NCBI GenBank assembly: GCA_002633005.1
Contig: NMRA01000577.1
Span: 124,001-188,000 of the forward strand
Length of the DNA stretch: 64,000 nucleotides
Source of the DNA: Phoronis australis
Lineage: Eukaryota > Animalia > Phoronida
Direction of reading: 5' to 3'
Under the pieces are notes generated by a model, which did no database searches, was not told where the DNA came from, and worked only from the letters and a program-made list of their open reading frames with translations. The stretch's first letter is position 1. Each line of letters opens with the position of its first letter. The position numbers and the translations under genes were made by a program. Positions 25,947 to 37,782 of this stretch are shown piece after piece.

Positions 25947-28452
25947 ATGTCAAATGAACTAAGCACAAAATCTAACAGGCTTCTGTTGACGACTGTCTCT
26001 TTCAAAAACGTAAGAAATCGCGCTTTCGAAATCGGAATAGACGTTAAACAATTGCCCACGCTGGATACTCTTCGGGCCGTGAAACGCGATCGATCACCTA
26101 GCGGTTTTCGCCTTGACCAGAGCGTCTTCATGCTTATTTTAATAGCCGCGTCAACTCCCTTTATATTTCCAAAAGTAACGTCAGTAGACCCAGCAACAAC
26201 AATTCTGACGTTGATCCGGCCCATCCTTTCCCCCTTCTTCGCCAGTAAACGGTGCATCATCTCAATGGACGCCATGCATCCAAAGGTTTCGAATTGTGAC
26301 TTCTGTCGAAACGTTAGCGAAATTCCAAAGATCTGGAATATTTCGATGACGGAGTTTGAGGAAAATTTTGCGAACACTGGACGCCCTGTTGTCGTTGTCG
26401 ATGGGCAAAAAGATTGGCAATTGAAAAAGTCTACTGACTATGACACAATTAAGGAGATAATCTTGTCCGCAATCAACATGTCCAGGAAAGCTGTGAAAGA
26501 GAGATGCACTTTATCTCTCATTAATACTGGTTTTCAAACTCCAGAACAAATGTTTGAACATAGTGAGGATGAACTTGAAACCAAGGACATTCAGTGGTTT
26601 ACGGCGTGGTAAGTCTTCCAATTTGTTCGTGTTCTTTCTGTCGTTTAAAGTTGTACTAAACATGAAGTTAGACATAGGGCTCCTTCTCTCCGAAGACGAC
26701 CAAAAATGAGAAGAAACTCTTTTGAGTGGCAAGAGCTTTGGAAAGCTAAGGAAAGCTTACAAGCTGATTTTTTGTACTAGAATGAATGACCTGTCGTTTT
26801 ATTTCGGTTATTGGCTGTCACAGTTTTTGACCCAGGTTTTTAAGAAGGGGGCCCTCGGCGTCAAGGCAGGAATGTGGATGGTTTGTACGGAGCCTTTAGC
26901 AGTACTTTACAATAGTTTACTCACTGGAGTTTACTGTATAGTTCAGCTAGTTTAACAGATAATACGATCGGTAAGCAGCCTGTTTCATTGAACGCTCGCA
27001 AGGACGTGTTAACTTACACTTTGACTTTAAACCGTCACAGTTTCACTACAGACAAAAGTTGTTTAACCTTAATTTTGAACTCTCACTTAATAATCCTCAG
27101 AAACGTCATCATGAGATTTCAATGAAAGGAGACCCACGTTGTTATAAGAGATGGTGCACTCAAAGAAATTGTGAAAGTTGAATGTTAGGAATGACTTGAA
27201 CTTTCCATGACAACGGAGATATTAGAAAATGTTTTAGTGTAACTTACATACTACAGTTTTTGTATCCATTGTAGGGGCGAATGTGATTTGAAGATGCAAT
27301 CCATCTTACAGGAGAAGTACTCGGTACCGTACTTCCTGAATAACAGAAAGCAGACGAATCGATATTGGATCGCTATGAGCAGACATTTCACCATGTCCAA
27401 TCATGTAAGAAAACTACGTTTTCACAGTCCCGAACTGGCAACTATGAAAACTCCTTCCATCAATTTACTAATGAGTAGAGAATCCGACTGGTCATCAGTC
27501 TTACCAGTTTTGTTGGTTCACCGCTGGAAATTTTACATTAGTAAAATTATATCCCAAATTCTTTATATTTTGAAAGTGTTGAAGTATTCATTTCGTGTTG
27601 AAAGAGCGAAACGTGACTGGCTCAACTGAAATTCGTTTCATAAAGTTTTGAGCTAAAATGAAGCGCAACGAACTTCTTCAGTCTGTCGGTAATTATAGTG
27701 CCGCGTTTTAATCTCTCACATTAGGCGCTTTTTCCACTTTTAAATCTGACGACTTTGCTGTCACAGAAAGATTTCTACCAAGGTGTTTTTCATTTAACCC
27801 TAAACAGATTGATCCCAATCAATATTTATGGCAAGCTCAGCTTCGTGGAAAGAAGAGATGGACCTTACAACCGCCGCCGGAGTGCTACTTTCAATGCAAA
27901 TCATATCTGTTGGAAACAGTGGTCGAACCAGGAGAAGTCCGTGAGTACGATGAAATTAAACCCTTCCTCAACGGATGGTTCTCAAAATGCGGGCACGTTA
28001 TGTCAGACCATTACTCACTAGCCGGTGTTATCGCAGTACATCGAGCACCAGCTAGCGCGCATGAGTGTTGTTCGTATTGGAGGTTTCTGGCAATGACGTA
28101 GACGAATGGCAAGCAATACAATTGGTTATTTGTGTCTTCAGTGGGGACAGAGTGATACGTTTAACATATTGCTTGAACTAAATTTATTTGTATAATCTTT
28201 CAAGGTAAGATTTAAAGTGGGAATCGTGAGATACACTGAAGGTTTTTCTTGGAAAGGCTGCTCTGCTTGTGAACACCAAGACCATATTGAAATTAAGATT
28301 TGATGATTAAGCTCGCATTTGAAATGCACTGCCACTGACTTTTTTCCTTTTTCATTCCAGTGTTTCTGCAGACGTCGATATGGTTTCACGAAACGGAAAC
28401 CGTTGGTGGCGAGTTCAGTGCTGTTCTCACGTCAGTTTACTCTCCCAATTAG
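25947..28452 (+). CDS. JmjC/cupin-like domain protein (JMJD8-like), with an N-terminal hydrophobic segment, about 338 aa
   Basis: Exons 25947-26608, 27275-27404, 27808-27940, 28361-28452, phases consistent (1017 nt). Motifs: EFEENFANTGRPVVVVDG, YSVPYFL, H-I-D across the exon 2/3 junction, WQAQLRGKKRWTLQPPPEC, VVEPGEVLF, WFHET. Confidence 0.85.
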
Positions 28453-29042
28453 TTCTTTTATGACAACTTTTAAGAACACAAGAAAACAAATAACAAGAGT
28501 TTTAGCGAACGGTGTTATATTTGCAACATTATATACTACGTAATAAAACATATTCTGTTGAAAACAGGAAGATGACGGGCAGGATTTCCACTTCCGCACA
28601 CCTCTTTTCTTTGCAAAAATGTTTTTCTTATGCACTGATTCATTGCCGCTAGCACCCATTTCACTGTGATTCAAACCTACTTTCAGACTGGATCCCAAAA
28701 ATTTTACAGTTCGCAGGGCGTAACTGGTTCTCTAAAAGGTGGAAAAGTGTAGGGCTGCGAGAGGATGGATTAGTTTTAAAACAGAATGAAATGTATTCAC
28801 CACTCAAGAACGCGGTGCACGGGAGTGGAAGGAAAGTGTCAGTGACGTAAATCCCGGGGGTATTATCCTGTCTCTGTCAGTATACAGGAAAGCGCCTATG
28901 GCAGTGGCGCTCGTAATTTCTTTCGAAATTTACTTCAGATGGACATTGATGCGTGACTTTGGCATTGTAACTCATGCGTGTATGTTGACAATTGTCCTTA
29001 TAGTCACTTCGTGTTCTTGAAACAACTTGTGTACAATAAGAA

Positions 29043-29683
29043 GAGTAAACTGTTTTATCCCATATGCGTTGAATCTGTCGAGGGAAATGCGGCCATGTAA
29101 TAATGTCCTATATTCACCTTCCGCACTACTTCAACAGTGACCTCTGACATTGAAGGTTCAAAAGGTAGGTCAATGTCGACTCGACGTCGTTAGCCGGTTA
29201 GATCATCAAACTTTCGGAAAATAGCTTAAAGTAATACAATTGTAGCTATAACTACCACTCAACATGCAATCAGATCCAAATCGTAACATCTGGAACAGGT
29301 AATTATATGACAGTTATGTTTCAGTTTTCAATTTCTACATATTATATCCTCTGCAACTCAGGCGCCGATTCCTCGCAAATATCAAACGTTGTTGTTATTT
29401 AATATTTTCAGGAGATGTTACAAGTTCAATGCAAAGTTAATGTTGTTTTCATCTTTGTTATCTCTTTTCAAATAACAAATCGTTACATTTAGAAGTGTTT
29501 CTTTTACTAGAGAAAACTTGCAACCTAACGCGCAAGTACATATATATAGGATGTGAACCGTCACGTGAGAGTCAGAGTGAAGCATTAAAAAAATTTTCGG
29601 AAAAAATGAAAGAAACTTAGAAATTCGACGCGTATGGGATTCGGTCTAGGTCGATACGCCGAATAATGTCTCGTGGGATATTA
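29043..29683 (+). repeat. Left arm of a ~630-bp imperfect inverted repeat (partner 34126-34748)
   Basis: gtcgactcgacgtcgttagccggttagatcat at ~29175 is the reverse complement of atgatctaaccggctaacgacgtcgagtcgac at ~34589; collinear similarity runs along the arm. Confidence 0.85.
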
Positions 29684-29906
29684 CTTCATGTACGCCACTC
29701 TCGGTACGTTTTGTGTATGTATTCTTTATTATCAACAATATTAATCACTGAAATTACAAGTCAAAATACTGTATTTTTATGGAACATTTAAAAAAAATGA
29801 CAATATAGTGACGTATGACCCACGTGTCGCGCGTTGTAAAAGTAGAGTTGAAGCCTCCGGACGTAATCACCATCCACGTCGAGTGAGAGCTCCTCTGCAA
29901 CACAAA

Positions 29907-30040
29907 ATGCCTATAGGCAGGCTCTCGTTGTTCGTAGACGAGATAGAAGGTCTGAGTGACATCAACGATGTCACCCCATCCGCTACAATGCAAGATCAGA
30001 TAACGATAGAGACAACGAACGAAGAAAACAACACCACGAG
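29907..30040 (+). CDS. Putative first coding exon A1 (acidic/Thr-rich leader) of the basic-protein locus
   Basis: aaaATG start, MPIGRLSLFVDEIEGLSD...MQDQITIETTNEENNTT, phase-2 donor AG|GTAAAC; paralogous to 32903-33129, including the 5' UTR. Confidence 0.5.
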
Positions 30041-31268
30041 GTAAACATCTTTCTGTTTATCATTGAAAGCTGCCATGGCCAGGCCTTCCGTCAGAAAGCT
30101 AACTTTGGTCATCAAACCTTTTTAACTGGTCGCAATTTGTTACGCAACGTTCTCAGTCTGAAGCACAGGCATTCTTGACAGCTGCTTGATACGATACTAT
30201 TACAGTGTAACGTCGAGCGGTTGATAAAAGTGCCTGTGGTGTGAAGTTATTTCTTGGTTTGGAAGAATCAGCAGAACGTTTTACTGTTGCCGTGTTGGAC
30301 GAGAGACTATGCTCGGTCCATGACTTTACCCGCCGTGTCAAACCAAAGTATCCAGCCGGGGAACCAAGCTAAAATAATGTCAGTCTTCCCAAGCTCAGTA
30401 ATCAGGGCTGAGTTGCATAAAACTTCCAAAGTTATCCGCTGGATAAGTTTGATTGTTGCATGACGTTAGGTGCATTGTTCAACAATAACACCGTGACACG
30501 TGATAATGCGACGTCATTGTTGCTATACGGCGTATAACTTTTATGCAACTGGGCCCAGATGACTAAAAACAATTTGAGGTCAAATTTATGACGATAAGTA
30601 GTATAAATTTAAGTTGATTTTTTACGAAAAGCATTTTTAGCAGCTTTATTGACACAGCATTCGTATCACACAGTGTCGTTTGCTTCCGAATTATTACTAT
30701 TATTTTTACAAATCTTTTACTCTTGAAAGGTAGTACATTATCGGTGAGAAAAAGTGAGCTCCAGCTAACAACTTCAAGAGAAGTCCTCCTGTCCAACACT
30801 AATCCCAAAAGTGCTTCTCTTTCAACCATTATGATGTCTACCACGGACAATATACCTGTACACAATTTAAATAATACAGGTCAAACGTCCATCTTACTTA
30901 TTCATGGGCGGCGCAGCACTGAAATAAGTCGAGGGGGCTATAATCCCCCAACCCCCTATGGTGCGCCGCCCATGCCATTCCCTTGAAGTTACAATGGACC
31001 AGGGCCTCCTGTCAAAAACAACTTTTGATTTAGGCCACTTGCTGTTGCAAAATCGTGTTCCGTGCCTTGAGCACTAGTGATTTCTAGACTTCTGGAGAAT
31101 TAAAAAGCTATTGCAATTCAGTCCAGACCCAAGGAATTGCGTGTCACGACGGGATAGTTTTAGTCACCAAGACAGTATGGCTGTTAACTGAAGGGACATT
31201 GCATTTTGACGTGTACCTGTACAGTCTCTTCTCTATCTCTGTCGCCTGTTTTGAGTCTGTGAACTGTT

Positions 31269-31308
31269 TCCTTGACAATGGTTTAGAGTAACAAACCGAA
31301 ACGTTGGA
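31269..31308 (+). ncRNA. Minimal type I hammerhead ribozyme motif (U3-A8 core variant, Penelope-type)
   Basis: TCC-TTGACAA-T-GGTTT(agagtaac)AAACC-GAA-ACGT-T-GGA: helix I TCC/GGA, 5-bp helix II, palindromic ACGT helix III. Confidence 0.6.
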
Positions 31309-32902
31309 TAGGTATGTCGTTATTTACTTAGTATACGCGCTAATTACATTTTTGTAAGAAAATTATCATAAATTCAGAGCTTTACTTTTCTTAATATCAA
31401 AACGTTTTATTCACGACCTGAGACTTCTTTGCTGTTACTCGGTGAGCAGGCCATTAAAAGTTCGTATTTTCCTGTTCCACCGTATCCTAACATTCGGTCT
31501 CTTTCTTCAAGAGCCAGCCTTATATAATTGTATCAGAGAAGTGACGTGTGACAAGCAAGGAAATGAAATAGGTGCATTCAACGCGGAGCGTATTTTCCTG
31601 GCTGCGTCTTCTTAAAGGCTGTTATGACTGTTATTTATCCGAATTGTACATGCGGTTCTTAATTCAACGAATAATACTACATTTTCTTACACAATATCGT
31701 TTTACGTTCAAAAACGCATTTTTCAGATTACTGTTGAATGGGGTAGACTTCTTGAAGTTATTATATTTGACTAGAGCTATAAAACAACACAACCCGCAGA
31801 GCTATTTCGCAAATTCATTACAAATCCTCAATTCTCACTGTTTTATGCAAGACGTTCGCTGATACTGCGCCAAGAACGGCGACTTCTGCATTGACGTCAA
31901 CAAAATAAATGAATCAACACTGATCCTGTAACGGACGTCACGAAAACGCGGCCGACCTTGTGAATCACCGAATTTTAAAGGACAACACGGCTATTTTGAA
32001 ATGCACCCCACAAATGAGCATACCAAGTTCTCGGGAAGAAAACCTTGCAACCCGGCTTTTGGCAATCTAGTGGCGAAAGAATCATTCTTGGTTGCTAGTT
32101 CGTTCGAAAATACGATATAACGGTTCGTGGATGCGGTATCTTCCGACGAAAAAAGCACGACATTAGGCATCAGAAGTAATGCCACGCTACCATTTTTGAT
32201 TTTGATGACTTTTTCCCCTGCTTCCCTTCCTCGTTAATTGTCCCTCTCCCGAACTATTTTTGAGCGGACTCACTCGTCGATTTTCGCCACTTGTTGTATG
32301 GCAGTTGAGCTGGCTGCTAGATCAGAAGGAGCTAAATCGAAGCATTCCACACAAGTTCAACTTTTTGACACATGCAAAATTACAAAGCGTCAATCAAAAC
32401 AAAAAAATGATTCCAAATACTTTTCCGGATCATTTCTGTGCCATTTGTATACGACAAACTTCTAAACTAAGACATGCATGCGCGCTGATGCCCATTCACG
32501 GAATTCCGTGTGTCGTCGTCATACGGTTCGTCGTCAAGGCCACATTTCCATATATGTGTCCCTGTGATAGAGGGCAAATCTGGCCCCTGTTTGCATATAG
32601 ATTCCGGTGGTCTAATTATCCCTTAAGCTACTGTCAGAAAATGGTCACTTTGTACATTCCGGGTATCAAGCAGCGACCAAACAACACGCGCTCCATTGTA
32701 CATTATACAAAATCATGAACAGTGTTTTTTGCAAGTGTGTGATTCGATGTCACGTGAAATTGATTTAGCTTGAGCGTTCTGTAGTAAGCTGGAAAGAGTT
32801 GAAGCCGCTGGACGTGTATTCCATCTACGCACAGCGAGAGCTCCTCTCGCCACCAGACCTCGCTTATCGTCCATAATTCTCAAAACTCCCAAAAATCAGT
32901 GA

Positions 32903-33129
32903 ATGACAGTTATTAGTAGTCATCAAATTATGTACTCGGATGAACTTGACGTCATGGACGATGGAATAAGCCGACCGCCATCTACAGTACCGCCGGACGC
33001 AATGACTTCAGACACAAACCAACCTGCAGAAAGTGAAAATCAACAATTTAAAGCAGTAGGTTCGTTTGAAGCCGAGGTTATGAATGACCAAGCAACACAG
33101 AAACCATCGGGGTCAAACGCTACCGAAAA
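32903..33129 (+). CDS. Putative first coding exon A2 (acidic leader) of the basic-protein locus
   Basis: MTVISSHQIMYSDELDVMDD...MNDQATQKPSGSNATE, phase-2 donor AA|GTAAGG. Confidence 0.55.
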
Positions 33130-33889
33130 GTAAGGCATTGCACATTTTTGTCTAAGATAATTTGCTGGTCAGTAAGGTTAGGCAGTTTCGCTACTTGCGC
33201 ACCTTCAAGAACTACTTTGACCGTAGCGAATGTTTAAAGAAGAAAAACGGACTAAACGTGAAAATTTCTTCACGCCCGGCTGGTCATGAAATCATAGGTT
33301 ATAGACAACATGTACTATAGTCTATGATAAAATCAATACTAACTTTATAATCAAAGAGTTAAAAGCAGTATAAGTAAAGCAGAGCAAAGTGACTTAGTTT
33401 ATAAAATATTTCATGGAAGTGTGGTGAGGGAAAGAAACTCTTCAACGAATTGTCTTGAATTAGAATTGAACGAAATGAAACTTAATGTCATTAAAAATTA
33501 TGCTCTTTTTAAAATTTCAATATTGCTGCTAAAAATCGTTCTTCTTATGCTAAATTTGTAAAACATAACCTTGTTGCAAAGTTGCATAAGCTTTTCACCG
33601 GTATGGATAAAAATGGCCAACTACAAATAAAATTTGACACAAGGTTGATGTCAGTGAAAAACGATCTAATAAATGTCATTTTCGCGCATAATTCTCCGCT
33701 TTTTATACCAAAGAAAAGACTATCGTTGTTTTGGAAACAGTAGGCCTACGCTAGTGACACGCCCACGCGCCATTTCCTTTTTTTCTCTCGGGAAATGATA
33801 GCAGCTTCTTAATAGCAAAAAACTGTTCTGAAATTCGGTTTGCTGGCATTAAAACACTGATTGATTTAAATTTGGAACGTTCTTAAAGT

Positions 33890-34110
33890 ATTTTACGAGC
33901 GTAATTTACGGCGACATTTCCCCCATTTAATTTACGAGCGTAATTTTACTGCAGCACTTTTGCAATTTAATTTACGCTCGTAATTACGAGCGTAGTTTTA
34001 CGGCGAAACTTTTCCCCGTTTAATTTACGAGCGTAATTGTACGGCGACACTCCTGCAATTTAATTTACGCTCGTAATTACGAGCGTAATTTTACGGCGAC
34101 ACTTTCCCCT
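33890..34110. repeat. Minisatellite built from tttacgagcgtaatt / tttacggcgaca units with internal palindromes
   Basis: Repeated tttaatttacg(a/c)..cgtaatt units, including palindromic tacgctcgtaattacgagcgta twice. Confidence 0.8.
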
Positions 34111-34125
34111 CAACGGCCCACCATA

Positions 34126-34748
34126 TAATATCCCACGAGACATTATTCCGCGTATCGACCGAGACGCTTCGAATTCCTAAGTTTCTTTCATTTTTTCGGC
34201 AGATTTTTTAAATACTTCACACAGACTGTTCACGTGGCGGATCACATCCTATATGTATGTACTTGCGCGTTAGGTTGCAATTTTTCTCGAGTAAAGGAAA
34301 CTGCTTTAAATGCGACGATTTATTACTTGAAAAGAGATAACAAATATGAAAACAACGTTAACTTTGCACTGAACTTGTAACATCTCCTGAAAATAGTTAA
34401 ATAGTTGATATTGTAGTCACCTTGGAATCGCCGCCTGATCGAGTTGCAGACGACAAACTGAGACAGAACTGTCATGTAATTAACAGTCCAGTTCCAGATG
34501 TTACGATTGAGACCTGATTGCATGTTTTAACACTTCAAAAGTGTTACTCACACTGTTGCAACTGCATAAATTATTTTCCGAAAGTTTAATGATCTAACCG
34601 GCTAACGACGTCGAGTCGACTTTGCCCTACCTTTTGAACTTTCCATGTCACTGTTGAAGTAGTGAGGGAGATGAATTTCGGAAAACATTATTACATGGCA
34701 GTATTTCCCTCGAGAGATTCAACACGTATGGCATAATTTAGTATACTC
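34126..34748 (-). repeat. Right arm of the ~630-bp imperfect inverted repeat (partner 29043-29683)
   Basis: taatatcccacgagacattattc is the reverse complement of gaataatgtctcgtgggatatta, and so on along the arm. Confidence 0.85.
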
Positions 34749-36005
34749 AAGTAAGAGTGTGGTTTTTAATGACACAAATTTTGTGTAGGATTTTATTTGG
34801 TCAGTTTTACCCATATAAGCGCGACAGCTAACGGACTAGTCGATTCACGTGACTTTCCAAACAAAGAAATCAATACAATTAAGGAACTTGACTATATTTC
34901 CTGCTTGCACGAAGCCGACTGCGCTTTGGATTCTGCACCGAGGCTAGGGTTTCATTTGGCATATGCGAAAACGGAAGATGAAGTCGTATTTGCGATTGCC
35001 CATTGAAAGACAAATTCTCAGAACAGTCGATGTTTTTATAATCCAGGTATGTATCATACACTGAGAAAGCAGGGAGTTCCAAATTTGTTCAAAACCTTTG
35101 CTCCACACTGAAACCTCGGGCAAAGCCAGCACAACACTAGACCCTAACTTGGACATACATTCTTTATGACAATGTCTACATCGAACACGCAACAAACTAA
35201 GCATACACGCAAATAATCAGATGAAACCCTTCTCAATCAGTCCGTAGATGTGTTTTACAATGTACCTAAACTGGTTTGTACCACGCCTTATAACCACACT
35301 AGGTTCTTCCGAGCGACTAAAACACGGCCCATGCACATACTGGGTTCGATACTAGCGAACCACGTAGGGCTAAAGCGTAACATACACAAGAACGTTTAAA
35401 ATAAAACTAATGGTTGACAAACGAAAAATTCACGTACAGAAACCTCTAAAAATGGCTGCAAATGCCACTTTGCTTGAAATCACGAATCTTGCGAGACTTC
35501 ATAATTACGTTGGTGGGGAATGTGAAAGGGAGTATTGAAACAAGCGGCTGAATAACCGACTATGATAGAAAAAAGTTGACTTAATACTACAACTCGCAGA
35601 TCTTCGTGAGGTGAAGACAAAAATGGTCATCCTTTATAAGATGCCTATGGAAGACATACTGGTGTGGCTAATGACTTCTTGCCGGCCTTTTTCCCGGCTA
35701 TTAACGAATCCACTCTTCACTGAGGTTTGAGTGTCAATACTTGTTCACATTGTTCATTTACATGACAACATTCTGACAAGTATTATTTTATGTTCCTGCG
35801 TTTGAGTGTTTGAATAGTGTTTTCTTGTGTTGTTATCAATAGGACTGTCGGGATAGTCCATCCGAAACATCATCATCAACATTGTAATATTTCCGATAGC
35901 GGATTCACCATCCTAGTCGGTATATTAATTGCAAACCGCCAGCGGTGCCTCACCGGCAGCATCCACTCCTCTAGTGCCACAGCTACGCTCTCTATTGTCT
36001 TTCAG

Positions 36006-36270
36006 ACAACCGACTGGCAAAGGTCGTTATGTACATCCGTATCACTGCAAGAGATGTGGCTGCTTCTGTCGGAAAGGAACGGAAGAGAAGTGTTGCAGCG
36101 AGTGCCCGGTAAACAACAAAGGGAAGGTTAAGGGAGGGAGGAGCAAGGGAAGGAAACGAAGTAAGAGCTCCAAGAGAAGCAAGACTCGGAGCAAGAGTAC
36201 TAAAAGTAAGAGTCCAAAACGAGGCAGGACCAAAAGAAGAAGCTCGAGCAAGTCGAAGCGAAGCACGTGA
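36006..36270 (+). CDS. Putative terminal exon B1: 7-Cys cluster plus Lys/Arg/Ser-rich tail (protamine-like/sperm nuclear basic protein-like)
   Basis: Acceptor tctattgtctttcAG| in phase 2; HPYHCKRCGCFCRKGTEEKCCSECPVNNKG followed by GRSKGRKRSKSSKRSK..., stop at 36270. Confidence 0.65.
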
Positions 36271-37782
36271 GTGGCACTTAAATTAGTTATCGATTTTACG
36301 CAGTTGACAAGCAAACATCTGTTAAGAATGCCGGGTCCATTTGTCTTCCTCCCACTCCACTTCTTGGGCAAATTTCACTGAGGGTTAACGTCCGCGTCTG
36401 TGAAAGAAATACTTTTAAGACACGTTTTGATGAGAAGCTTAGCTTGTGACAGGTTCATTTTTTGACTCCCGCCTTCATTAAAATAATATCTAAATTATGT
36501 AATATGAAAAATACTTTAAAAACCTAGAGTTCCGTTACAACAAACAAAAAAAATTAACGACCTTGAAGACGGTGATAAACTTAACCACAGTTGTAGTACA
36601 CGTCAGAAGCAATAACTGTGCCGATTCTCAAAAATTGCGGCCTCTGTGAACATTTGAATCTGAATTCGAAAACAAAATGGCCGCCACATCCGCCACCTTG
36701 AATCTGATTATGACCAAAACAATAGGGTTTTACTACTTTTGAGACTAGACCTACAGGTTGTGTGTGAATTTAATGGAAATCGGAGGAAATTGCGACCAGT
36801 ATAGTGCGAACAAACAAAAAAACAAGTAAAAACAAACTTGATGGCAAAGCAACATACTTGGCGAAATTAAAAGCATTTTTAATATTTGAAAAACACATAA
36901 TTTGACCATAAAAGGTCAAACTTTTATTACGAAAACCTTCGGTTTGTCGAAACTTGCATGTCATGTCCACGGTTGGTAACACTACAAAACATTCGTTTGG
37001 TTAAATAAACCACTCAAAATAACAGAAACAATTTCGCCACAAGGGCAGTTTCAAGTGCATTATATGGAAATGTTAAATTGTCATGGGTAAAATGTTTCAC
37101 AAATTACGAGGCAAGTGGAGAACATATCCGAGGATTCTTTTCATTCGTATTGACTGTGACCTCATTTTTTCATCGATTTTTCAACTTAAAACCTTAAAAT
37201 GCAAAATTAAGCCTTTTTATAAGGTTGTTCTGGAAATGTTTGACCTTCTTATTCTCAAAATACCTCGTCAAGATCTCACTGTTAAACAAGTGAGAGAACA
37301 AGATCTGTAATTTAACTGTTAATGGTAATTCATAACTTTACCAATACAATGCAATCTTTCGTGTGGCTTTTTAGATAGCCAGAACAAAATTGAATTTTTT
37401 AAAATAAAATCTGAAAATATCATATTACGACTTGAAGGATGCTTACATCATGTGTTTTTCTTCGGTTACGAGGACTTTGAAGAAAGTTTTGGGTAGCTAG
37501 GGCTGACAGAAGGCTTGTCAGTGTGTGAATCAGTCCTTCCTTTTCCCCTTTCCCATATCCCTCTTTTACAATAATTCCATGTATGCCCAATCACTGTCAA
37601 TTATTTGTTCTGTATGATGTATTGATATTTATGTTATAAAGATGTGTAGCTGGGCCTCCCAACCCCAGCCACATTCACTAATATGATTTCTGGGTAAATA
37701 GATGTATTAACTGTAAAAATGTAATGGTTCCAAGAATGAATATAAAGTAAGATCTTATGTTATTACCAAGTTTTCTTCTCAG

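Noticed and set aside
25880-26377. 165-aa minus-strand ORF
   Set aside because: Antisense shadow of the JmjC-like exon 1
30723-30986. Second exon for A1
   Set aside because: Joining the phase-2 donor to the nearby AG gives an immediate stop, and the ORF end runs through a MITE
35817-36131. Overlapping 104-aa ORF with a His run
   Set aside because: The alternative frame carries the Cys module conserved with B2; this frame has no such support
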